From an uncultured Verrucomicrobiae bacterium (GTDB lineage Bacteria > Verrucomicrobiota > Verrucomicrobiia > Limisphaerales > JAFGQR01): 64,000 nt of DNA. Position numbers and translations under genes: made by a program. Under the pieces are notes generated by a model. That model did not search any database. It saw nothing but the letters and a program-made list of their open reading frames with translations, and was not told the DNA's origin. The stretch is from the NCBI GenBank assembly GCA_963788655.1, contig CAWBHS010000080.1:1-64000 (forward strand), given 5' to 3'. Shown one piece after another: positions 1 through 9,096 of this stretch; position 1 is the first letter of the stretch, and the number at the start of each line of letters is the position of its first letter.

Positions 1-809
1 CGGGGGAGAATTGGCTGGTCGATGGACAGCCGCAAATAGTCCACCCCCGCGCGTGACAACGCATGGCTGGTGTGCTCCCCGAACCAGCGGCTGAGCCCGT
101 GCGCGACAAACGCCCGGCCCGTTTCCGCTTCGCGTGCGCGGTAGATGCCGCCGCCAATGCGCCCGCGCTCGGCGGGATCCTCGAGGTGGAGCACGATGCA
201 ATCATGGTTCTGCGCGACGAACTGGATGGCGGGAATGGCGTCCGGATCGTGCAGGTCGCTCAGGACGACGAACAGGCAGCGCCGCCCCACGCGCGGAACC
301 AGCTCGCGCAGCCGCCGGCCCAAGGTGGTATTACCGGCCTCATCGGGATGACGAAGTTGGTGCAACCATTGCATGATCGAATGGCGCGACAACGTCGGCG
401 GGTGATGCAGGTCCCGCTCGCCGACCGTTTTGAGTCCCACCGGGTTCATGTGATCGAGCGCCGCCAGGGCAAGACCGCCCGCGATCCGCACGGCCCACGC
501 GTATTTACTGACCGGCTGCGAACTGACGCACATCGACGCCGATGTGTCCACCAACAGATAGACGGGCATCTGGCGCGGCGCCTCATACTCCTTCACGTGA
601 AATTTTCCGGTGCGCGCCGTGACACGCCAGTCGATGACTTTGACCGGGTCGCCGGGAAGATACGGACGGGACTGCACGTACTCGATGCCCGCCCCCAGGA
701 ACGGGGAACTTTCCTGACCGTAGCAAAGCGCGTTCGCCAGGCGCCGCACGACAATCTCGAACTGCCGCGCATCGAGCGGATCGTGGGTCAGTGGCGCCGT
801 CGGCTGCAT
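1..809 (-). CDS. DUF58 family (vWA-like) protein, runs off the window edge
   Basis: Manual translation from ATG 809: MQPTAPLTHDPLDARQFEIVVRRLA...GIEYVQSRPYLPGDPVKVIDWRVTARTGKFHVKEYE...LLVDTSASM (DUF58 motifs). Lies directly downstream of MoxR. Confidence 0.85.
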   Translation of the reverse strand, partial: MQPTAPLTHDPLDARQFEIVVRRLANALCYGQESSPFLGAGIEYVQSRPYLPGDPVKVIDWRVTARTGKFHVKEYEAPRQMPVYLLVDTSASMCVSSQPVSKYAWAVRIAGGLALAALDHMNPVGLKTVGERDLHHPPTLSRHSIMQWLHQLRHPDEAGNTTLGRRLRELVPRVGRRCLFVVLSDLHDPDAIPAIQFVAQNHDCIVLHLEDPAERGRIGGGIYRAREAETGRAFVAHGLSRWFGEHTSHALSRAGVDYLRLSIDQPILP

Positions 810-816
810 GCGCTGA

Positions 817-1788
817 TTACCCCAGTTGCTTCAGCAGTTCCTCGAGGACATTGGCCGCCTTTTGGCCTTCGGCCAGCGCCTCGTAGGTGAGCCGGATTCG
901 ATGGAGCACAACGTCCTCCGCCAGCGCAAACAGATCCTCTGGCACGACATAGTCGCGGTTCAGCACGAACGCCCGCGCCCGCGCCGCCTGTACGATCGCC
1001 AAACCGGCGCGCGGCGAACAGCCCAGTTCGATCGCCGGATGCGTGCGCGTCAGCCGCACAAACTCGACGCAGTGTTTCATGAAGACGTTGCTGACATGCA
1101 CGCGCTGCACCGCCTCCATCGCCGCCACCAGTTCCGCCTGGTGGCACACGGGTTCGTTTCCAATCATGTCGAACGCCGTTTTGGGCACCGCACCGCCCTC
1201 GGTGTGCTTCAGGCCCATTTGGAGCTGGCGCCGCAAGACTTCCTCCTCCTGCGGCGGCGTGGGATAGGTCAGTCGGTGGCACAGCATGAAACGATCAAGC
1301 TGCGCTTCGGGCAACTCGAACGTTCCCGCCTGCTCGACCGGGTTCTGCGTGGCGATGACGAGGAACGGCACCGGCAAGGGATAGCGAGTGTTGCCGATGG
1401 TGACTTTGCGCTCCTGCATCGCCTCGAGCAGCGCGCTCTGCACCTTGGGCGCGGCCCGGTTGATTTCGTCCGCGAGCAGCAGGTTGGTAAAGGCCGGCCC
1501 CTTGTGGGTGCGAAACTTCCCCGTGGCCTGGTCGAGAATCTCCGAGCCCAGGATGTCCGAAGGCAGCATGTCGATGGTGAACTGCACGCGGCTGAACTGG
1601 AGATCCACCGCGCGGGCCACAGCGTTAACCAGCAGGGTCTTGGCGGTTCCGGGCACGCCGACGAGCAGCAGATGCCCCCCGGTCAACAGCGCCACCACCA
1701 TGCGCTCCACCACCGTGTCCTGCCCGACCACCACTTCCGCGACGCGCTCGCGGACCGCGTGAACAAAGTTTTCGTTTGGAACGGTCAT
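817..1788 (-). CDS. moxR: MoxR family AAA+ ATPase
   Basis: GVPGTAKT Walker A, LLADEINRAAPKVQSALLEAMQE, IATQNPVEQAGTFELPEAQLDRF. Start taken at MTVPNENF. Confidence 0.92.
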   Translation of the reverse strand: MTVPNENFVHAVRERVAEVVVGQDTVVERMVVALLTGGHLLLVGVPGTAKTLLVNAVARAVDLQFSRVQFTIDMLPSDILGSEILDQATGKFRTHKGPAFTNLLLADEINRAAPKVQSALLEAMQERKVTIGNTRYPLPVPFLVIATQNPVEQAGTFELPEAQLDRFMLCHRLTYPTPPQEEEVLRRQLQMGLKHTEGGAVPKTAFDMIGNEPVCHQAELVAAMEAVQRVHVSNVFMKHCVEFVRLTRTHPAIELGCSPRAGLAIVQAARARAFVLNRDYVVPEDLFALAEDVVLHRIRLTYEALAEGQKAANVLEELLKQLG

Positions 1789-2003
1789 CAGCTTACAAGT
1801 TGCTCGTGAGCATCGCCGCTTATCCCGCCCGGTCAAGCCCAACGTGCGGCAAATTTGGAATTGTGATTGGCACGAATCATTTCGCGGATCAGGCGGATCA
1901 TTATTGCCAACCACAAGTATTTCCATGGCCCGGCACGATACATTGAATCACAGTCAATTGCTGATGGCCGAACGAGCGTGGGAGACCAATGCGTTCCGTT
2001 CCA

Positions 2004-3167
2004 TCAACGAACGGATTCCGTCGCCATGGGTTGGCCGGGTATGAAAATGCTGGCGCCGCCTGGGGCGGTGGGAATCACACGATCGCACGCAATGCCCCAC
2101 AGGTTCCATTGGCCATCGATGTAGTTACCGTTGGCCGGCAACGGGCAGGCTTGCGCGTACAGATACCACCGGCCATTGATCGGATACAGCGCCGGAGTAG
2201 CTACATGATAGATCGTGTCGTCTCGGTACAGTCCCTCCCACTTCGTTTGGAGCACGGTATCCACATCCATTTGCACCCAACCGCGGGCAGGATGTTCGCT
2301 CACCGCGATGACGGGGCGCCAGCGTTTGCCGGCTGAAATGCCGACCTCCATGGTGAGCACGTAGGTGTTGCCCAGTTTGAAAACCTGGTGCCACTCGTAG
2401 TAGGCACCGGGCGTGGACGTAAAAATCTGGCCCATGCCCCGCGGGTCTTTTTCGTTGAAGTGCCGCGTCCAGTGCTTCCCGTCACGCGAGGTGGCCAAGC
2501 GGAAACCAGGCAGGATGCCATCCTTGCCGCGGTAGGAGTAATACATGAACCAATCCCACCGTTGCGCCTTCGCATCCCATTCGCGCAGCACCGCCGATTG
2601 CGAGGCCATCTGCTCGAAATACGGTGCCGCCGGCTCGGGCGCGAGCACCGGTTGCGAACCGACCCGCCGAATCGCCGCCGGGGTGATACCCGAATACCCG
2701 TCGGCTCCGGCCGGGCATAAGGCCAGACCGATCCGGTCCTGAACTGAGGCCGTGGTGCCGGAGTAGTAAATGTAGTAAGAATCTTCCTCGGGAAGGTAGA
2801 GAACGGCATCGAGCCGGATACTCCCGGAATCCCAGCCTGCTTTTCCGGGGCCGAACACCGGATTGCGCGCATCCTGGTGCCAGGTAAGCGGATCAGACTT
2901 GAGCGCCCACGCTTTGCCGATGAAGCACCGGCTCCGGTTGGTCGCCGGCACGCCCGAGTAGAACATCACCAAACGCGTCGGATCTTTGGGATTGGGCAGG
3001 ATACATGGCTCCTGCACCTGCTGCGACTCCCAGGCGGCGTCGCTGCGGCTGACGATGATTTTCCCGCGGATGGACTTCGCCGGAACCGCCGCGTCTGCGG
3101 CGTCGCTCTGCGAGGTCAGAGCAAACAATTGGAGCCCGACAACGAGCGCGATAAAGATCGATTTCAT
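2004..3167 (-). CDS. Secreted five-bladed beta-propeller glycoside hydrolase-like protein (GH32/43/130-like)
   Basis: Signal peptide MKSIFIALVVGLQLFALTSQSDA; WESQQVQEPCI, RNPVFGPGKAGWDSG, YYIYYSG, IGLA, HVATPAL propeller motifs. Confidence 0.65.
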   Translation of the reverse strand: MKSIFIALVVGLQLFALTSQSDAADAAVPAKSIRGKIIVSRSDAAWESQQVQEPCILPNPKDPTRLVMFYSGVPATNRSRCFIGKAWALKSDPLTWHQDARNPVFGPGKAGWDSGSIRLDAVLYLPEEDSYYIYYSGTTASVQDRIGLALCPAGADGYSGITPAAIRRVGSQPVLAPEPAAPYFEQMASQSAVLREWDAKAQRWDWFMYYSYRGKDGILPGFRLATSRDGKHWTRHFNEKDPRGMGQIFTSTPGAYYEWHQVFKLGNTYVLTMEVGISAGKRWRPVIAVSEHPARGWVQMDVDTVLQTKWEGLYRDDTIYHVATPALYPINGRWYLYAQACPLPANGNYIDGQWNLWGIACDRVIPTAPGGASIFIPGQPMATESVR

Positions 3168-3329
3168 TGAATGAAACTGAAGCATGGAACGACGGATAAC
3201 GCGGATACACGGATGAACAGGTTCTGCAATTAGGTTTAGGACCGTTCGTGCACGACGCTGACCCTCTCGTGGATCGTGAATGTGGTAATGGAGTTCGGGT
3301 GGCGCAATTGGTTTGAACACTTCATAAAG

Positions 3330-4146
3330 ACCGGGTAGGCGTAGGCGGTCACCCGCCCACGCCCCCCTAAGAACCGGACTTGAAAGTTTCCCTTCATCAC
3401 GGCTCAAGCCTCTCCAAGGCCACCCCGGATGCGGGGGACCCGCGTAACCAGGAGGCCGGTGACACCCAAAGGCGTCATGGACCTTCCCAATCCCACTTGG
3501 CAATACCGGTCGGCGGCCATATCGCGCCCGGCTCCTTTGGGCCGCAGCACCGAGAGGCACCAAGCGACGGGCGTCGCTCGTCCTATGCTTCTCTCGCTTG
3601 AAGGGGTTCCGCTGATTTTCTTGCCAGGAGACACCAGATCGACGTGGGCATATCCGGTCCATTACCGACCGGCCTTGGCTTGTTCGATCCTCTTCATGCT
3701 GCCTCCCCTGGGCCTGCCTTGCGGTCGGCTTGCCTGGATACTCTCCAGGCGGGAACTGGCAGCTTTTCCATGTTCCGCATTCTCCACAGGATGGGTTAGG
3801 TCCACTCTGTACACCGGCGGTGCGCCATTCGCGTCGGGCTACGTTAGACAGCCCGAACTTGACCGCTGGCCTTCTTTTGGCCGGAGCCTTAAAACAGCCT
3901 CGTATGGCTCGTTCCTCTGACGATGCTTGCGAGTGTTCACGTGGGTTGACCCTACCATCCGATTCTAGCGCCGCACCCGGATTGAGGCTCCCAGGCTGGC
4001 TACATTGTCGGGAAGGCTTCACACCCTGGACAGTAGCCTTGCGGCCGCCCGCCCAACGCATGCTTCCCTGGAATACCTGCCGCGAAAGGCAGGACTGAGT
4101 CAGGTTGCCCATGCTCAGCAGTGATGAATGCGACTTCATGTCACAA
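3330..4146 (-). mobile_element. ORF-less group II intron (IIB / CL-like ribozyme), about 817 nt
   Basis: Minus strand domain V GAGCCGTGATGAAGGGAAACTTTCAAGTCCGGTTC (3405-3371) with AGC triad and GAAA loop. Domain VI GGGGGGCGTGGGCGG-GTGA-CCGCCTACGCCT(A)CCCGGT with bulged A. 5' end TTGTGACATGAAGTCGC. EBS1 loop CTAACG pairs with 5' exon CGTTGG. No RT motifs. Confidence 0.9.
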
Positions 4147-4210
4147 CCAACGCAAAGCTGAGCGACTGGTGGACTCTCACTTGGTGCGCGGCGGCGCCAG
4201 CCGCTGAAAT
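4147..4210 (-). other. Degenerate attC-like hairpin forming the intron target (5' exon)
   Basis: TTTCAGCGGCTGG...CCAGTCGCTCAGCTTTGCGTTGG|CT: 9-bp stem plus an L'/R'-like arm. The R'' box (RYYYAAC) is absent. Confidence 0.5.
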
Positions 4211-6213
4211 TGAATCTTCTTCTCTGTGCCGTCCGTGAGGCGCACCGTCAGGCGGTCGTCCTGGAACTCGACGGAATTCACCGGACAGGCCGCCGCGCCC
4301 GCGGTGGGACAGAGCGCGTAAAGCAACGTCACGTTGCCCGATGCCTCCTTGCGATAGATCGCTGTCGGGATGGGCCGGATGCCTCCGTAGCCGCCCCCAT
4401 GATCGGGCAGCCAACCTTGAACCACCGGCTCTTTCTGGCCCTTCACGATTTCACGCTGTCGGCTCCGAAGGCCAGCACGGTCAGGTTGGGACCGGCGTTC
4501 TGCGTGGCAACGCGCAATCCGTCCACCACCGCGTTCTCGGCGTCGAGGTGTAATAGCGTTTCGTAGGTGTGCGATTTGCCGTCCATTGGCTCCAGTTCGT
4601 CGGCGATGATGAACAGGTCGGGCTTGAGGTAGAAGACATGTCGTGTCTGGCGAACCAGGTGTTGTGCTTTTGGCCCCAAGCCTTCCTCATAAACAGCCGC
4701 GGCATGGTCGAAGGTGTCGTTGCTCTCCCAGACGTGCAGGAGTGGCGTCTTCACGACGAAGGTCGCCCTGGACGACTTGCGTCGGTTCTGCTCCAAGCCA
4801 TCCACGAGCACCACGTTGTGGGCTCGGCTGCTGAGCACGTAACGCCGCCAATCACTCGCGTCATACGTGTAGGTGCCGCCTTCGACCAGCAGCGGCCGTC
4901 CGAACGCGGTGAGGATCACACTGAGTTTGTCCTCGTGCTGGTGACCGAACCCAAACGGTCCGCCGTCCATGCACAGCCAGAGCGCGTTCCGATCCCAGCC
5001 GCTGCGCATGATGAACTGGCCGGCATACGGAAACTCGTGCGACGTATGGTCGGGCGGTTGGCCTTCCTTGCCGTCCGTGGCAACCCACCGGAAATCGGCG
5101 CGCTGCGGAAATAGTCTGGCCCCTTTCTCCAAGTAACGCATCACGCTGCCCGCACCGGAATCGTTCAACGGCGGCGTGGTCCGATTCGGCTGCATGGAGT
5201 CGAGGAAATAGGCGAACATCTTTTCCATCTTGGCCAGGTAATCGTCCGGCACTTTGAAGCCGGTCTGCGCCACCAATTCCACCGGCCCGAGGAAATTGCG
5301 GAGAGCGACACCGTGATAGCCGGGTGCGAGTTCGATCTGCGCCCCATCCGGATACACCTGCACATCCAACTCGCGGTAAAGCCGGCCCAACGCCGTTTCG
5401 CGCCAGAGCTTGGCTTCGGTGAATTCCGGGAACAGTGCGCCGACGTGATAGAGGCCGTTGGCTTCCATCGTCAGCCAATTGCCCTGCCGGTGGAACTTCG
5501 TCAGATATTGCGCGTGCTCGACAAAGCTCTTCACCATCAGCCCGAGCGCGTCGTCATCAAACGCCTTGGCCGCAAGGAAACGGGGAAACACCTCCGGCCA
5601 GACAGTGACCGGTACGGATGCCGGCCTCAATGGTGCGCCAACGGGAGAAGGCGACATTGGCCGGCTTGTCCAGCGGCACCGGGCAGTCGTGTACCAGCTC
5701 TTGCAGCTCGGCGACGAATTCGCGGGCATATTTCTCGTCGCCGGTCGCGTAAAAGGCGCGGGCGAGGTCCAGCCACACTGCGTGCCGGCTGAGCTGCCAG
5801 GTCCATTCATGGTTGCGCGGCCATTTCGAGTCGGGTTGTGTCGTCGGATTGAACGCCCAATCAATCTTGTCCCCGAACTGCCACGGGATGCCGATGCTGG
5901 TGAAGCGGTGCTTGAGGGCGTTGTCCGCACCGCTGCTGCGGAAGCGCGGCTCCCGTCCAACCGCGTGCGGATCCAGTCCCCAGCCCGGAATTTGCCGAGT
6001 GCGGAAATGCTCGGCCAAAGCGTGTTTCGCGGCCGGCCAATCGGACTTGGTGATGGCCTCCTTAACCTCCGCCAAATCTGGCTGCGACACATCTACCAGG
6101 GCGAAGAACTGTTCATCGGTGAGTCGCGGGCCAGTCGCCGAAGACGACGCAGGGACGGCGGTGGCAGTGAACCAGCCGCCGAGGACAATGCCGATAAGGA
6201 TTGCGCGGATCAT
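4177..6213 (-). CDS. Heparinase II/III family polysaccharide lyase, secreted (frameshifted)
   Basis: Signal peptide; HEWTWQLSRH, GNWLTMEANGLY, DGAQIELAPGYH, GHQHEDKLS, SRAHNVVLVDG. Split over ORFs 5557-6246, 4443-6092 and 4177-4446. Confidence 0.85.
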
Positions 6214-6392
6214 AAAGTGTTCAGACGGTTCCCGCCCTGTGGGCATTCAGACGAGCCAAAAAGCAGCAGTGTGTACTTGCTTACGGATAGCAGCGTGCGA
6301 TTCAGTTTCTCCAACGCCGCGCGCCGCTGGTAAAGACGTGAGGCATGGCGTTTACTGAAATCTAGCAACCAATAATTTCACTGGAATAGACT

Positions 6393-6412
6393 ATTTCACC
6401 GTACGGTGAAAT
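6393..6412. promoter_or_regulatory. Perfect 20-bp palindrome, candidate operator
   Basis: ATTTCACCGTACGGTGAAAT in AT-rich DNA upstream of the lyase. Confidence 0.5.
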
Positions 6413-6702
6413 TGGCGCAATGGATAAAATTCCTGCCGACACCCCGGCGTTGTGCAGGCGATGTCGTGCCGGTGTCATCTTAATGAAGTGCGAATTCCGA
6501 AGTGCGAAGTCCAGTCAGTTCGACAATTGAAATTCGTCATTCTGCATTTTCCTTGCCCGCGACACTGACGCTGGCTGACCAGCAGGAGCTGCCCGCCGAT
6601 CTCCCGTTCAATAAAAAGACGCCACGCCAAGGTGCAAAGAACTCTAACCAGCCATAAACACCGATGGACATGGAAGTGGCCGGACCTGTGGAAACCCTGT
6701 AA

Positions 6703-6758
6703 TTACTTTCTCACAAACACATGGTTGACTTACTTTCTATATTGCGTAGGATTTAAGC
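6703..6758 (+). promoter_or_regulatory. Sigma70-type promoter of the TA operon with repeated operator-like motif
   Basis: TTGACT (6725-6730), 16-nt spacer, TAGGAT (6747-6752), ATG at 6759. TTACTTTCT repeated at 6703 and 6730. Confidence 0.55.
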
Positions 6759-7005
6759 ATGAACGTAGTAACTAAAGCAGAGTCGGTTTACTTCTCGGTC
6801 AAAGGCCAGGTGGTCATTCCCCCGGCGCTTGCGGAAGGAGTTCGAGATCGAAGAAGGCACGCGCGCTTACGTGGAAGCCACGCCGGAAGGCATCCTCATC
6901 AAGCCCGTCACCCAGAAATTCATCCGCGGCCTGCGCGGCTCGCTCAAGGGCAAGGGCGTGTTGAAGGCAATGATGGAAGACCGCAAAGCCGAACGGAACC
7001 TTTGA
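6759..7005 (+). CDS. vapB: AbrB/MazE-family antitoxin (one frameshift in a C-run)
   Basis: SVKGQVVIP..LRKEFEIEEGTRAYVEATPEGILIKPV...LRGSLKGK after a frame change near 6820. Confidence 0.85.
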
Positions 7006-7110
7006 TTCATGACCGGAGAAGAGCCCAAAGCGCGCAAGGACTTCTCCCTCTCCGCCTCGAAAAGGGGAGAGGACTAGCGTGATCTGTCGAAATCAGATTT
7101 GAACTAAACT

Positions 7111-7519
7111 ATGGCAACGAAAGTTTTGGATAGCTGGGCGCTGATCGCGTTCTTCGAGGACGAACCGGCGGCGGAAGCAGGTGGAAAAGCTGCTGGCGCA
7201 GGCGGCGGCGGAGAGGCACAAGCTCCTGTTGAGCGTCGTGAACTGGGGCGAGATTTATTACAACACCATGCGCGAAGTCTCGCAGGAAGCCGCCGAACAA
7301 CACGCCCGCGCCATCGCCGCCCTGCCCATTGACATCGTGGGCGTGGGCGACGACCTCGCGCTCGCCCGGCAGGCCGCCATCTACAAGGCCACGCACAAAA
7401 TGGCCTATGCCGACTGCTTCGCCGCCGCACTTGCCAAATTGAAAAACGCCGAATCGCTCACTGGCGACCCGGAGTTCAAGGCGGTGGAAAAGGAGATCAA
7501 GATCAACTGGTTAAGATGA
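7111..7519 (+). CDS. vapC: PIN-domain VapC toxin (one frameshift)
   Basis: KVLDSWALIAFFEDE, SVVNWGEIYY, MAYADCFAAALA, LTGDPEF. Frame change near 7180. Confidence 0.88.
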
Positions 7520-7780
7520 AGCAACCGCCCAAGAGCAAATACGCGAACCACGAATTGGTGACAATCGCGATCCTTCTGCTGGGTGGAGACAGCCGCCCGG
7601 TGGACTTGGAAGACATTGCTGTGCAAGTGAATGATCTGGCTCCGGGGAGATTCGCGTGGAGAAAATACACTTCACAAATCAACATCAAGTATGTGGATGA
7701 CGCATTACGGGACGCTAAGAAGATTAAGAACGGCAGTTACGTGCTAAAGTCGAGCAAGGACGAATGGCTCTTACCTGCCC
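7516..7780 (+). pseudogene. Truncated winged-helix-like hypothetical protein
   Basis: ATGA overlap with vapC; protein-like sequence up to ...KSSKDEWLL, then degenerates. Confidence 0.45.
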
Positions 7781-7783
7781 ACC

Positions 7784-8958
7784 TTGGACCGCGTGCTGAA
7801 GGCCGTAACCGCGGAACTCCCGTGCGCTTGGAGTCTGATCGAGACCATGCTAACATCCCAACAACTGACGAAGGGGAAATTCAGTCTCAGCGGCATAGCG
7901 CGGGCAACTGAGATCACGTCTCGGGATTGCCCCTTTGTTCTGGAGTCCGTCGGCGAACAGACCTACGCAGTTACGGCCAATATGTCGGGGGTCGCGACGC
8001 TCGTTGGCCAGATCGCTCGCAAATCGATTTCGCACTGGGGGGGTGCAACCATTGAGGACATCGCGGCTCAGACGTGCGCAATCACAGATCGGCAGATTTC
8101 AATTGAGTTTGCTGGAGCGGTGCTTTCAGCCCACGCTGGTTTTCGGTGGCTTGACGAACCAACCGGTTGGTTTTGGCTTGAATCCACTGCCCGGAACGCC
8201 TTGCTAAACCAAATCGAGAAAGTCCTCTCTGCGTGCAACCGGATTCACGTTGGCGAACTCCGGTCTGGCGTCTCTCGGCACCATCGCAGAGAAGGCTTTG
8301 CTCCGCCGCAGCGTGTTCTGCTGCAGCTATATGCACAATGCGGCTGGTGCCGTGTGGATGGAGATTACATTGAGGCTGCCAACGCCTTGGATCACCGGGC
8401 GGTGTTGAGCGCAACCGAGGCCGTAATCGTCGATTTGCTCAAGGAAAACCGCAGCATCATGGCACGCCAGGAGCTGGAGGATCAGTGCATAGCACGTGGC
8501 CTCAAGCGGGATATGTTTTACGTCCATCTGACCTATTCCCCTGTCATCGCGAGGTATGCTCCAAGCGTTTATGGTGTTCGTGGGACGGAGATTCCGCCAG
8601 GGCTTGCCGAGTCGATGGTCGAGCAACGCAGGAAGACAAGGGTGATCTCGGACTATGGTTGGCAGAAGGATGGGAGATACGTGTTTCCTACCGCCTTTCC
8701 GGAGGCGCTCTGTCAAATGGGATCGTGAGCGTTCCAGGAAGCATGAAGTCATACATCCAAGGGGAGTTCGGCCTTGTCTCTCCCGACGGGCAGTGCGTTG
8801 GCCGGCTTGTCGTAAAGGACACACAAGCGTGGGGACTTGGCCCGTTCTTCCGAAGGCGCGGCGGTGAACCAGGCGATGTTTTGGAGATTGTCTTCGATCC
8901 GAAGGAACGGATCGCTTCGGTTGCACGCGAGGAGTCAGACGAAGAACCATCCGAGTAG
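7784..8958 (+). pseudogene. 5'-truncated hypothetical protein (frameshift near 8680)
   Basis: ORF 7784-8728 continues in the 8485-8958 frame (..IRVSYRLSGGALSNGIVSVP..). No convincing start; atypical codon usage. Confidence 0.5.
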
Positions 8959-9096
8959 GCTATGTAGCGCGTGTTGCGCGCCTGGGAGCACCAGAAGGCT
9001 CATTGGGTGGAGCCGGCGTTTCACCGCACCAGTCAGCCGCGTGCTCACGAACGCAGCCACGCCAACTGAGTCATTCCGGCTTGGCATTGGTTTGGT

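Noticed and set aside
63..1809. Long plus-strand ORFs (63-890, 826-1809) and similar antisense ORFs such as 9172-10923, 14826-16163, 42457-43827 and 58528-60078
   Set aside because: Antisense shadows of well-supported genes, expected from GC-rich codon bias.
2004..4139. 711-aa ORF running through the whole intron into the glycoside hydrolase
   Set aside because: The N-terminal ~320 aa are translated ribozyme with no RT motifs, and a clear signal peptide starts at 3167. Most likely a chance open frame in GC-rich RNA.
6810..7190. Programmed frameshifting or phase variation in vapB/vapC
   Set aside because: Similar single-base shifts occur throughout the window, including in mutS, so sequencing error is more parsimonious.
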